A stretch of DNA of 64,000 bases from the NCBI GenBank assembly GCA_964247055.1, contig OZ176057.1, forward strand, positions 1,054,001-1,118,000. The letters are read 5' to 3'. Under the pieces are notes generated by a model. That model was not told the DNA's origin. It made no database searches and saw only the letters and a list, made by a program, of their open reading frames with translations. Position 1 is the first letter of the stretch, and every line of letters starts with the position of its first letter. Source of the stretch: Paragordius varius. Taxonomy: Eukaryota > Animalia > Nematomorpha. The translations under genes were made by a program, and so were the position numbers. Below are positions 29,201 to 40,700 of the stretch, piece after piece.

Positions 29201-29696
29201 AGCAATCCGTACTAAACTTGTACGTTGTTTTAATATAATTATTTTTAGACAAATAACGTTATAATTATATACATGGATAACCAAAAAATAGATATAAAAA
29301 CTACAAAAAAAGAGAGCATTTAAAACTCAAAATATCCATATTTTTAGTATAATAATATAATTATATACATGGAAAACCAAAAAAATTATAAAAACACTCT
29401 TTTTTAACCCAAAATCATTAATATATTTATTTAACTTAGCAATCCGTACTAAACTTGTACGTTGTCGCATCGATGGAGCTATGCAATGTGTTGGTCCCCC
29501 TGAATTTGCTGCTGATAGAAGTTCCATCTTTTCGAATTCTACGAATTCTATGAATTCATCGAATAATCTTAATAATAATAATTCTGCCACTAATAATATA
29601 AATTCAAATTGGTCTACGCTTTCACAATCCCTAGACAACTGGATTAAAGTTTTTGGAAATGTTGGCAAAGCTTATCATGATTTAGTGGAAAATATG
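19306..29696 (+). CDS. EIF3M: Eukaryotic translation initiation factor 3 subunit M (PCI domain), core exons 1-10 (445 codons)
   Basis: Exons 19306-19374, 19399-19522, 19553-19703, 19727-19850, 20760-20854, 23267-23453, 25560-25644, 27384-27543, 28662-28744, 29440-29696, all phase-consistent. The translation aligns by eye to recalled eIF3m: KSWFTGWKL~RKWISDWNL, IMVEFL~VMVELL, LLDHLTLLP~LFDHLLTLKP, LLNIFIHG~LLTIFVSA, RKIRILTF~AKMRLLTF, IIDAIRTKLVRCRID~VIDAVRTKMVYCKID, WSTLSQSLDNW~WQQLYDTLNAW. Confidence 0.88.
21300..23270 (+). repeat. Degenerate T-rich tandem repeat (~370-580 bp units) in eIF3m intron 5, each unit carrying a copy of the exon-6 acceptor and exon start
   Basis: AGTCAACGAGCCTTAC(A/G)TAT(C/T)ATGG(T/A)TGAATT has its AG at 21873, 22316 and 22895, and at the real acceptor 23265. 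A second shared motif (TTTTACA...CCA...TGGGGTTT) also recurs in each unit. Confidence 0.85.
23843..23897. repeat. (TA)n microsatellite, representative of many
   Basis: Pure (TA)n tracts also occur near 386, 8484, 8719, 11713, 26166, 37753, 47397, 54198, 54282 and 61412, often abutting MITE ends. Confidence 0.95.
26285..26577. mobile_element. MITE family B (Tc1/mariner-like ends), representative of ~25 full or partial copies
   Basis: Long TIR CAGTAAAAATTGAAATTATACGGACAAAACGTAAAAATATAAAGACAA...AAAAGACAACCATAC with flanking TA. Other copies at approximately 5568-5830, 15714-15960, 24830-25040, 30780-31270, 39389-39663, 40390-40671, 40842-40890, 42525-42783, 45508-45752, 46700-46978, 47821-48110, 48478-48755, 49490-49755, 49885-50185, 52798-53410 (two), 54110-54850 (nested), 58526-58810, 60230-60490, 61980-62253. 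Confidence 0.88.
27564..28290. repeat. Expanded tandem array (~30+ units) of the 21-bp MITE-A subterminal repeat, in eIF3m intron 8
   Basis: Direct repeats of TTCAAATTCACCCTTGAACAA with point variants. They give the 7-aa periodic ORFs (FKFTLEQ)n, (SNSPLNN)n and (RVNLNCS)n in the ORF track. Confidence 0.9.
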
Positions 29697-30421
29697 GTAA
29701 AATAAATTACTTAGTAAAATTTAAGATTTTTTGGGTTGAATAATAGTTAACATACATTGTTGCCCTCTTGTGGTTTTTTTGCTATATTAAGTAATTTCAA
29801 TGATTAAATATATGCAGGGTTTCATTGTATATGTTATAGATTGAGCAGGTACAATAAAGGGCATTTTTATTGGTTTAGAGACAGTAATAAATGAAAAAAA
29901 TAACTTTGAACCAATGATATTTTCCTTTCTTGTTTATGCATCTGGCAATAGTAAATGAAAAACTCATACTGTATAACATAAATGATTGATTACAAAATTG
30001 TCAAATACCATTTACAATTCAAATCACCCTAAAAGTTAATTCTCTGTGTTTTCGGGCTAATTATTTATATTAAAAATATCTTTAGGCCATAGTTTACTAT
30101 TTCTTCAGTATTATTTTAATGTTAAACAAAATTTTATTTTTAAAAATATAGATAAATATAGGAAATTGTTAATCTTAAAAAAAAATTATTTTTTAGGGTG
30201 AATTTGAAACGTTTGGGGTATATTTAAGGTTATCTTACCATTTTTATTTCTTTATTTTGTGATAAATAAAACAATAGGTTATATTAACCAAAAAATAAGG
30301 TTGAATAAAAAGTATGAAAGCTATTTTTATAAAGTTAATTAAATATAATATTTGTTGTCTTTGAGTTTTTTTACATTATTTTGTCTTTTCTATAGTAATT
30401 TCATTAATAATAATATAAAAG

Positions 30422-33400
30422 GAACTGCAGCCATCATTTAACATTGGGATTGATGGCTCCACATCAACAGCAACTGGTGTTTTGTCAGCCTCTGTTGCCA
30501 TGACAACGGTTGCTATGGCAACCACACCAGCTGTTTTGGCATCTACCACCGGCATTACCGTGGCAACCGGGAGAGAAGAACAAACCCATATGACCGCATC
30601 TCGCATAGGTGGCGCCCCATCACCTGACCCCTACTATAAAATGATTGGTCCTCCACCACCACCCTCTCATCAATTACATGCACAAGGTATACACTTAAAT
30701 ACTCATATGATAAAAATGTGAATATTTTTTTCCAAAAAAATGGATTTTTGCAAAAGTCTGTTTTTGTTTATGATAAATAGTAAAAAATCAAATGATTTTC
30801 CTTATAGTAAAAATTGAAATGTGGGCAAAATGTAAAAATATAAAGTCAATATTTACTTTTTTGCAAAAGACTGTTTTTTGTCAATAATAAATAGTAAAAA
30901 ATTAAATGATTCTCTTTAAAGTAAAAATGAAATAACGACAAAACGTAAAAATATAAAGTTAATTATTAATCTTTTTTGTAAAATGTTTATAATAAATAGT
31001 AAAAAATCAAATGATTCTCTTTAGAAAAAAAATTGAAATAACGACAAAACGTAAAAATATAAAGACAATTATTATTCTTTTTTTGCAAAAGACCGTTATA
31101 CTTTGGTTAAGGGTGTGATGATTTCAAACATACGTCTTTGTTTTTTAATAGCAAATAATGGAATAGTGATGTAATAATATAATAGTTTATGGTTGGGTTT
31201 AGTTTTAAAATAGTATGAGGTTGTTATCTTTAATAAAAAAAAATATTTGTTTTCTTTTTTATGTTCTATCTAACTAAAATTTTTACTGTATGATTAATGG
31301 TATATTTGTCCAAAATGTATTTTAAATGGGTTTTTTTGTTGTTTATACAAATAATTTAATATAAATTATATTATGCTTTATATAATGACAATAACCTTTA
31401 TCGAAAAAAATGTAATACCACACAAAATTCGCGCATATTTATGGATATTTTGTATTTTTCCAAATATCAATCAATACCATTCCTTTCAATATACCATTTA
31501 CAGTTCAAATTCACCCTTGAAAAATTAAAATTTACCCTAAATTTTTGTTTTTTCAGGCTAATATAACTCATTATTTATATTTAATATATCTTTATGGCAT
31601 AATTCATTAGTTTTTGCATTATTATATAAATTTTACGACAAATTTCATTACATAAAAATATAAAATAATGTAGTTTTTAATCTTAAAAAACATATAATTT
31701 ATTTTTAGGGTGAATTTGAATTGTTCAAGGGTGAATATGGATTGTTCAAGGGTCATTTTAAACTATAAATGGTATTATATATCACTTAAATAAAAAGATA
31801 TTTTTACATGTCCATATTCATTACGTTTAAAAAAATTTAAAAATTCAAATAAGTAACTAAATTGCAACATAAATTGTTAAAAAATTATTATATTATTCTT
31901 TCCACAATTGTTTTATTTTCATTTCCTGGAAATTTATTTATAAATCTTATTTAATTATTTTAGGTCCTGCTGCCTATTATGGGGACGAGCCTACCCATCC
32001 ACCTCAATTAATGTATGGTTCTGACTATCCAAGTATATATTTTGTACAATATGTCATTAAACATTAATTTTTTATGATTTAAATTTAAAATTTATTTTAT
32101 AACCTTTTTTAAACTGTAAATGGGAAGTTTTATAATTTTAAAGGGTTTTTTTACAACTATAATATAGACTTTAGATTCTAAGTTACTTAATATGTATATT
32201 ATTTTTTAAGATACAGTGGTAAAAGTAATTGTAATTTATACCTACCAAAGGTAAAAATTAAAAAAAATATTTTTTGAATTTTTAAATATACTAACCATTT
32301 ACACACTTCAAATTCACCCTCTAACAATTCATAGTCACTCTAAAATAAATTATGTGTGTTTTTAATACTTAAAAATTATTTATATTTTTTGTAAAATTTT
32401 TATAAATTAAAATAATACAAATATAATGAAGTAAGCCATAAAGATATATTTCATATTAATAAAAATATATTATATCAACCCAAAAACACATAATTTATTT
32501 TTACGGTGAATTTGGATTGTAAATGGTATATATTTCATCGCTTTGGTTTTCGAAATGAGACTTAGACATAGATGTAAATTGGTAATACAATCAATTATAT
32601 TGATTGTAATTATAATTAAATAGTTTATATGAAAAAAATTAAGGTTTTATAAAGTATGGTTGTTTAGCAAAAATTCTCTTTTAATCAAATGAATCTTTAA
32701 TGAAGTATGGTTGTTTTCTTTTTTAAAAAAATAGTTGTCTTTTTGTTTTAACAAAGGAATCTTTAAGAAAGTATGGCTTTTTTGAAGTTTTCTTATATTT
32801 TTATGTTTTGTCTTATTAATATAAGCTTTTATTGTAAATTTCATGTACATTTTTAAAAATTTATATATTTATATGCCATTTACGATTCAAATTCACCCTC
32901 GGACAAATAAAATTCACCCTCAAATATAATATATGCTTTTAAGATTAAAAATTACCTAAATTTTATATATTTGTAAAAATTAAAAATTGTTTAAATTAAA
33001 ATAATACTGAAAAAATAATAAACTATACCAAAAACACATATTTCATATTAATAATGAGTTATATTAGTTCGAAAACACATAATTTATTTTTTGGGTGAAT
33101 TTGAATTGTTCAAGGGTATTTAAATTGTTCAAGGGTAAATTTGAATTGTTCGAAGGTGAATTTGATGTGTTCAAAGAGTGAATTTGAATTGTTCAAGGGT
33201 GAATTTGAATTGTTCAAGGGTGAATTTAAACTGTAAATGGTATATAAAAAAATTTGAATCTAATTATAAATTGTTTATAGAACCACAGTTACCAGTACCC
33301 CAACCCTTTGTTGATTATTATTCATCGAAATCAGCTGATTTTCAGGCGGGCGCAATGGCGAATATCCGACCCTATGAATATCCGCCGCCTCTGGGAATAC

Positions 33401-34557
33401 CAACAGCTGATCGAAAACCAGATGATTATTATTATGGTAGTAGTGGTAATGCACCAGCATACTATCAATCATCGGATAATAGGAGACCACCACCACCATA
33501 TGATTTGCGTTCTGTACCTCCTGCACCGTATGAGGAGACAATTGGGGCACCACACCACCCCCCACCCTCCCAATTCAGATCTTTGGGGGCTGTTGGTGGG
33601 GTACCCTACAACCCCATTTACGGCAGAGAGTAAAATATACTCCTTTTTTTATTTTAACACTACCTTAATAATTGACAATACGAAAACAATTGTGGCTGTT
33701 TTTTTACAAAAAAAAGGCGTAAAACCCTTGTTAGAAGCGTATAAAATCGGAATAGTTCCTTGGCTATTTAGGGTTCTTATTTTGTAAGGAGCAGTTATAA
33801 AATTTATGTTGTTAATGCTATACGTTTTTTATGACAGCTACATTTTTTACGTCATTTTGAGCATATTTTTCAAACAAAAAGTAAAGTTTATATTATAATT
33901 GTTAATGTGTAATTAACCGCTTATGTGTAAATAATAAGTTATGAGATTATAGATACTTTTTGACAGTTGACATTTATACCTTATAGATAGTTATGTCCTA
34001 CCTAAAAATGCCTAATTTTTTGTTTTGTTTTTGCTATTAGATACGAGGAAGATGTAGATTACACCATGTTAGTACGTCCAACAATGGGAGGGCCTGGGGA
34101 ACGGGGTGCAATTCCACCCCATTATGCATTGCCCTTGGGCGGGGCCCATCATCCTTTACATAATATTCCACCACCACCACCACCCCAGTCATATGATGGA
34201 TTTAGGCGAGGGTCGGCCTTGGGGGCGCATTTATACAGTGGTGGTGGGAACACATTAGCAGCTGGTGTTGACACTTATGAGCACCGTACTAATCATAATA
34301 ATAATAACTATGCTAAAGATTATAATAGCAATCAGACATATGCCGCCGTTCCTTACAACAATTACGGCGGTGGAGAAGGTATCGGCAGCGGTGGTTACCA
34401 TGGCAACGTTGCAGCACCATATGATCGCAGCGGGCCTGGAATGTCATATCCTAGTGTAGGACATTCAAGGCTTCCACTACCCTTACCTCCACCGCTGTAT
34501 GGGGCACCCACACAACCCCAAATGACGTCGTCCCGTAGAAAATATTTGTTGGAATGA
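30422..34557 (+). CDS. Four further coding exons (399 aa, Pro/Tyr/Gly/His-rich low complexity), most simply a C-terminal extension of eIF3m
   Basis: Exons 30422(or 30431)-30686, 31964-32032, 33281-33629, 34041-34557 (TGA). Phases 1,1,2 chain perfectly, the sequence is GC-rich and coding-like, and it matches ORFs 30482, 33178 and 34066. The exon-10 donor ATG|gtaaaa (29697, phase 0) is in frame with AG acceptors at 30421 and 30430. Confidence 0.72.
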
Positions 34558-36340
34558 AAGAATGATGAATCGATCGCACATTAAAAATAATTTTTGATTT
34601 TATTTGAATTTTTTGTCTTGTTTTTATATATATATATGTATTGAGTAACGTTTTTTAAATATTTCTCTCACTTTATTGTTGGCCAATTGACAATACAGTA
34701 TAGCTTGTGGTTAAAAACAACATATATATGAAATTAAACAATGTTTCCCAGAATTTGTTAGCTTATATAAATGGACGAAATTTGTTTTTTATCATACACC
34801 ACTGATTCCAACAATAACGTGAATCGGCCAACAATGAAGTGAGTAGGATATTAACTAATTTTTCTTTATTTTTTTATATATTGGAACGAAATTTTATAAT
34901 TTAGTTTAATTAGGTTTTTGGGGATTATTTGGAGATATTTTTGCATATAATTTTATTTGTTTTACGTTATATAATTAGTTTTGTCAAGAAGTATATGTTT
35001 TTGTTAATAATTGCTTTTTTTCAATAAATGTCATTTGAGTTTATTACACCGTATGACCAAACGGTGATGTGATATTATGTTTATATCTAATATCAATCAA
35101 TAGCTGAGACCTTAGTTAAACTATTATCGTATAATTTGATTTAATCTGCTATAAATTGGAAAAAAACCTATGTAATAATATAAATTATCCTAAAAAATAA
35201 TATTAATTTACAAAAAGTTTTCATTGGTTTATTTTTTGGATTTAGCCAAATTTTAAAAAGTTTAAAATACCAAAAATTTTAATTAACATTTACTATAATT
35301 ATAACATTAAGATATGAGATTGTGTTATAAGGAAATTCAAATAAAACTTTAAAATATAAATTTTTACAACCTTAAAGCACCTGAATAACAATTCCCATAT
35401 TATGTGTCTGTCAAACACAAGAATAAAGGTAATGAAATCTCAATACTTTGGGGGAAAAAATGCTGTTTTGCGTCGTAAAAAAACACAATTTATAGTGAGC
35501 TGTTTAGGGTTTGGTTATTCAAATTTATTTAACTTAAAGAGCTTGTTTACTAAAAATAAACGCAAATATCACTTAATAGCGTGGAATATTTTTATTATAC
35601 ATGCTAGATAATTCAATACAAAATTTTTATGGTATTAAATATGTGTTATCTATGATTTTATTAAAATTGAATAAACTATAAAATATTTTTTTTTAGTCTT
35701 TGTCATGTTTTAACATACATCAAAACGCTATCACTGCATTAGTGTTTATTATTTAAAAAAACTGGCACATTTTAAAGTGGTCCGAAATTTGACACATCTA
35801 AAAGTTAAAACTAAATATAAATATTGCCTTTTATACCTAGATCATATATTTTATTATAAAGGAATGAAGCATGCCTTATTAAAAATTTAACATAAAATGC
35901 ATTAATATTGCTTTTTTTATATGGATCAATCAGCAAAAAAATATAAATATTTTTAAGGTTAAAACCAAAGTTAACACCATAATCCTGATTTATATAGAGA
36001 ATTTTTAACCCCCAATATTTCATCAAAATATTTTACCTGCCCACTGAGTCGTAGGGTTGTTTATGGCTATTCAAAAGTGCATTTATTAATTAAATTTAAA
36101 TCACAGCAATTTTATTTTAATGAGTGTGAATTTGATATGAAAATTTGGAATATGTCTAATAAATAATAAATCGATATAAATTTCGTTAAACAATATATTC
36201 TTACAAAATTATTTTTATGTACAGTAAAAATTTAATTTATAAATGCAAACAGTAAAACTAAAAGACAAATTTTTTAAAACTATTATATCGTTTCGGGTAA
36301 TAATATGGGCATGGAGATGTAAATTGGCAAACATCTAGAG

Positions 36341-36622
36341 CAGGGGTGTCTAACACGCGTCCGCAAGCGGCCCAACTTTGTGAGCCCGTTGAAAATTTGA
36401 AAATCTATAATTTTCAATATGCTCACAATATCTTCATAAAATTGATATTTCTTAAACAATATTTCGAATTATTCTATACCAAAAATTATATTGTGTTTGC
36501 ATGTTACAATCTTATATTTAAAATATAATTAATTATTCGTGACTATCTTTCAAAGGCAGGGCCCGCCAGATTTTTTGAGTCAAAAATGCAGCCCACGAAC
36601 CCATATGTGTTGGACACCCCTG
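36341..36622. mobile_element. hAT-like MITE (CAGGGGTGTC..GACACCCCTG)
   Basis: TIR pair; the 8-nt flanks ATCTAGAG/ATCTGCAG match at 6/8. Related copies at 5236-5465 and ~1678-2153 (the latter with an internal ~200-bp duplication), and a right end near 10455-10485. Confidence 0.75.
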
Positions 36623-36767
36623 ATCTGCAGCAAATACTTCACAATTTTAATCATTCGATTTGTAATAAAAAATTAAATTATAAAAGAGTATACATAGCTG
36701 TTTTAAAATGTTGTCTTTTAGTGTTTACGCTTTATCTTTACAATTTAAATTTTTACTATAATATTAA

Positions 36768-37747
36768 TCATTTTTCAACATTATTATGACTAAACATTGT
36801 ATTCGCTGGTGTTATACCTTGTTTTTCTGAACGAATCGATATAATTTTGGGAACTAACAGAAAGTATAGTTGAATTAGCAATATAACACTGTAACACACG
36901 GTTAAAGTTACTAGGGCAGGAAAGCCCGAGATTATGAAATAAAAAATTATGCCAACAACATAAACAAGGACACTGACATTCGTTACAATTTGTAGGAGTC
37001 GAACTCTGTTTGACGACAGGACCGTATACAAATTACTAAGAGTTAAGCTTTGTAAAACCATGATAATCATAACGCAAATTTGTAGGAAGAGAGTTGGTAA
37101 AAGATAGCTAAGTGTAACTGGGTAAGGACTACAAATTTCTTGAATGACAGGTAAGCCTAAATTTCGTCTCTTACTCCGTGCATACAAATATTGTAATCTC
37201 ACGTCCTGTTCCTCTTTACGTAGCACAGTGGGTAAATGTTTACCCACATAAATCACGTAAATTATGAACTGTGAATATAAAAAAGATTGAAATAAATTTT
37301 AGTTAAAATATCTATGTTATAAAAGAGCGAGTCTTGACAGGGATTGTGACCGCTTTTATAAATAGGTTCAAAAGTAAACATATTTTATTACACGTTATTA
37401 TAAAAATAAAAAATGGCATATTTGCCAAAACGTAGCACAAAAATTGGTAAAAAAAATAAATAAAGATAAAAAATTACTAATTTGGTTTTCATACATGCAT
37501 ATGCATATATGACTGTGGAAAATTTGATAAATCAACGGTTAGACCTATATTTTTCACTAAAATTCGCAATGAATTTGATAAAAAATGAGTGAGTCTTTAA
37601 CTGGAGCATTTAGAAATTAGTTTTAGATTAATTATTTTAAAGTAACGCATATATATATATATATAAACTAACTTTTGCATTCACAAAAACTTTAAACCAT
37701 TGATTAATAATAGTCGGCCCTTTACAAATAAACTGTTATTTTATAAA

Positions 37748-37793
<46 letters not shown>

Positions 37794-40700
37794 GCCACAT
37801 TAAATAAATAAATAAATTTCTAACTTGTATGAGAAATGTTATGATAAAATAACGTTTGACTCCGCGATTAATATCCATCTCAATTGCTTTCGTCACCTGC
37901 TGTTTGTACTTTTTTATTGCAATGTATTGTCGACACACTAAGCTAATGTATATGAAAACGAATGACACCAGAAAACAAAAAAGACTCCATCCACATAATC
38001 CATAACTCAAACGTGGTATCATCAGCAAATAAATTGATACACAACCCAAGAATATACCCAGGGCATGGAAATACAGTATGGATCGATATTCCAGTTGAAA
38101 CGTCAAATTTTTATAATGCCTCAGGTAAAAAGCTATGGCAAAAGCAAGGAGAATCAGTGTGACAGTAGCCAGAAAGTATAAGAAGGCCCAAACGCGTAAA
38201 TTTCGTACATGACTTACTAATAATCGTGCACACTTGGTTTGATTAATGTTAGGTGCTGTGAGGTAGGGACACTTTTTACAAATCTCAAAATTATTCTGGG
38301 CAAGTTTATTAATGGGCGTAAATATTTCGTTTTTGGCACAACCAAGGCAAACCCAACAACATTTACTGGTTGTGGTGTAAGCACGAGTGTTATTAACACA
38401 TGGTTGGGAACAACTCGAGATTGGGGCAGTTTTCCAATCTGAAAATGTATGTCTGTTCCACATTATTGGCTGTTGAATGATAAGTTTAGTTGGGTTTGTA
38501 GTCTGTATGAACCTGCCAACTGCGATAGAGCCTAGAGTACCGTTTAAAAATCGGCGAAAATTAGAGAAACGAATAGGTTCATTCACAGAACGTTCATGAT
38601 TGAAATGGATGTGGCCGGTGAGTGCAAAAAATGATATGTTAGCTATAATGTCTCGAAAATATATCGGTACATTTTGCATGATACATTGGGTTAGGTCTAA
38701 TCTACTATACAGTGTGGTCTTATTATTATTGCTACAATGAGTGGATATAAGTTTGGCGAATCCATACATCATAGTCGTAGTTGCATCCATAGTCAATGTA
38801 ATTCGGGGATTAAGAGCTCCCCTCGATCGTCTTTGAAGATCTGCAATATGAGTTTCCAAATATTTGAACCAAGGATGACTGAGTCCTCCAGTGTTATTTC
38901 GTTTTGAAGTCATCAACCATTCCGAATATTCTTTGGGCACGTTACCGAATTCTGAAAGGATTATACTTCCGTCAACAATGTTGGTCAAATTATGGGATTC
39001 CAGTTCATAGGGCTGAGGCCATGTATCTGGTCCTATGAACAAAAAATATGGATCTTGTTTGATCTTTTGAATCGCTCTCAGCATCGGAACGAACTGATAA
39101 GAATTAAGTAAGGTAAAAACTATTCTTGCAGTAGGTTTGGTACCCATAAGTGCCAAAGTTTGCTGATCAAAAGATATGGGGGAATCACTGTTGACTTTAA
39201 GCGTTTGCCAAAGGCATATATCATTATCCTCCAGAAGTTCCACAAATTGACCATAAAAACGTATGTAATAAGGATCATCCGAGTATATAATTGATACTTG
39301 GTTCCAATGAAAATATCGAACGAATTCGACCATACCCATTAAATAACTATCGTGGGGCGATGTTATTCGATACAAATAATTGAAGCTACAATAAAAATTG
39401 AAATTATACGGATAAAACGTAAAAATACAAAGACAATTTTTTTTCTAAACAAGCTTACGTTTTTAAACCTTAATTTATCCTATAAAAATTATTTAAATGC
39501 AATCGTAATATACATTAATTGTGTTACCCATTTAATCTTTTTTATACTTTCAGTTTAATACAATCAGCATAATTAAAAAATAAACATTAAAAATGTATGG
39601 TTGGTTGTCTTTCAGAAAATAATATTTGTATATTACGTCCCCGTAAAATTTCAATTTTTACTGTAAATTATACTAAATATCTGATTTCTCATATATTTTG
39701 TGTTAGTTAACATATATATATAAATACCAAATTCGTTAGTGAGCAAGTTGGTAGCTCCTTTTAACATTTTTTGGTACATTTTAAAATATTTTACAGTATG
39801 CATTTTAATGGTTGCATATTTCACATTATAATAGGGAAATTTCCAACACAGGAGAGTGTATGGAAAAAAAGGAAATAATTGTTTATTTAACATTTTGTTG
39901 ATACTGTGTGCAAATTGCCCTACAGTGTGATATAAGCGACCATTAAAATGCTTACTGTATTAGAAAATCTTTCATATGTTTCATACTTTATGAAACAAGT
40001 TTTAAATAAATTTTAAATTTTGGGCAGTTTATTAGTCCAATTTGTATCAAAGGATAAGTCTTCATGATTTGTGGTTGCTAATTTATTTTAGCCATCAAAT
40101 TATCTTAAAATATTGTGTTTGCTTAACATAAAATAAAATTTATTTTATTATGAAGTAGCACGATATTTTTAATTCCTAAAACTTTCATTAATATTTACGA
40201 CATCTAATACCAATTTCTATTTACCGTGGAAAAAATGTCAATGATTTTAAAGTTAAAAAAATACAGCAAAATTATACTTAGTCATATCAAGTATATTTTT
40301 CATCTCTTTCACTAATTTAAAAAGCTTTACGAATATTTTATATATATTTGACAATTTTTTGATTTTCCACGATATAATTAGTACAACTTGAAATTATACC
40401 AAAACGTTAAAATATAAAGACAAATATTTTTAACTTAAGGACAACCATACTTTTTTAAACCTTAATTTTTCTCATATATATATAATCATAATTTTAAAAT
40501 ATAATATTCATTGCGTCACCAATATAGATATCAATTCTTCAATATTCAATTTGAAACAATTGAATTTTATATAAAGATATGAAGCTTAAAAAAGTATGGT
40601 GGTTGTCTTTTGAAAAAGAATTGTCTTTTATTTTAACGTTTTGTCTGTATAATTTCAATTTTTACTTACTGTAGTCTATGAAAAAGATCCGAATTGGCCT

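Noticed and set aside
33275-34459. Alternative-frame and antisense ORFs (33275, 33308, 34265; also 29327, 30376, 37962, 38217, 38239)
   Set aside because: These are shadows of GC-richer true exons, with no independent splice signals or protein features.
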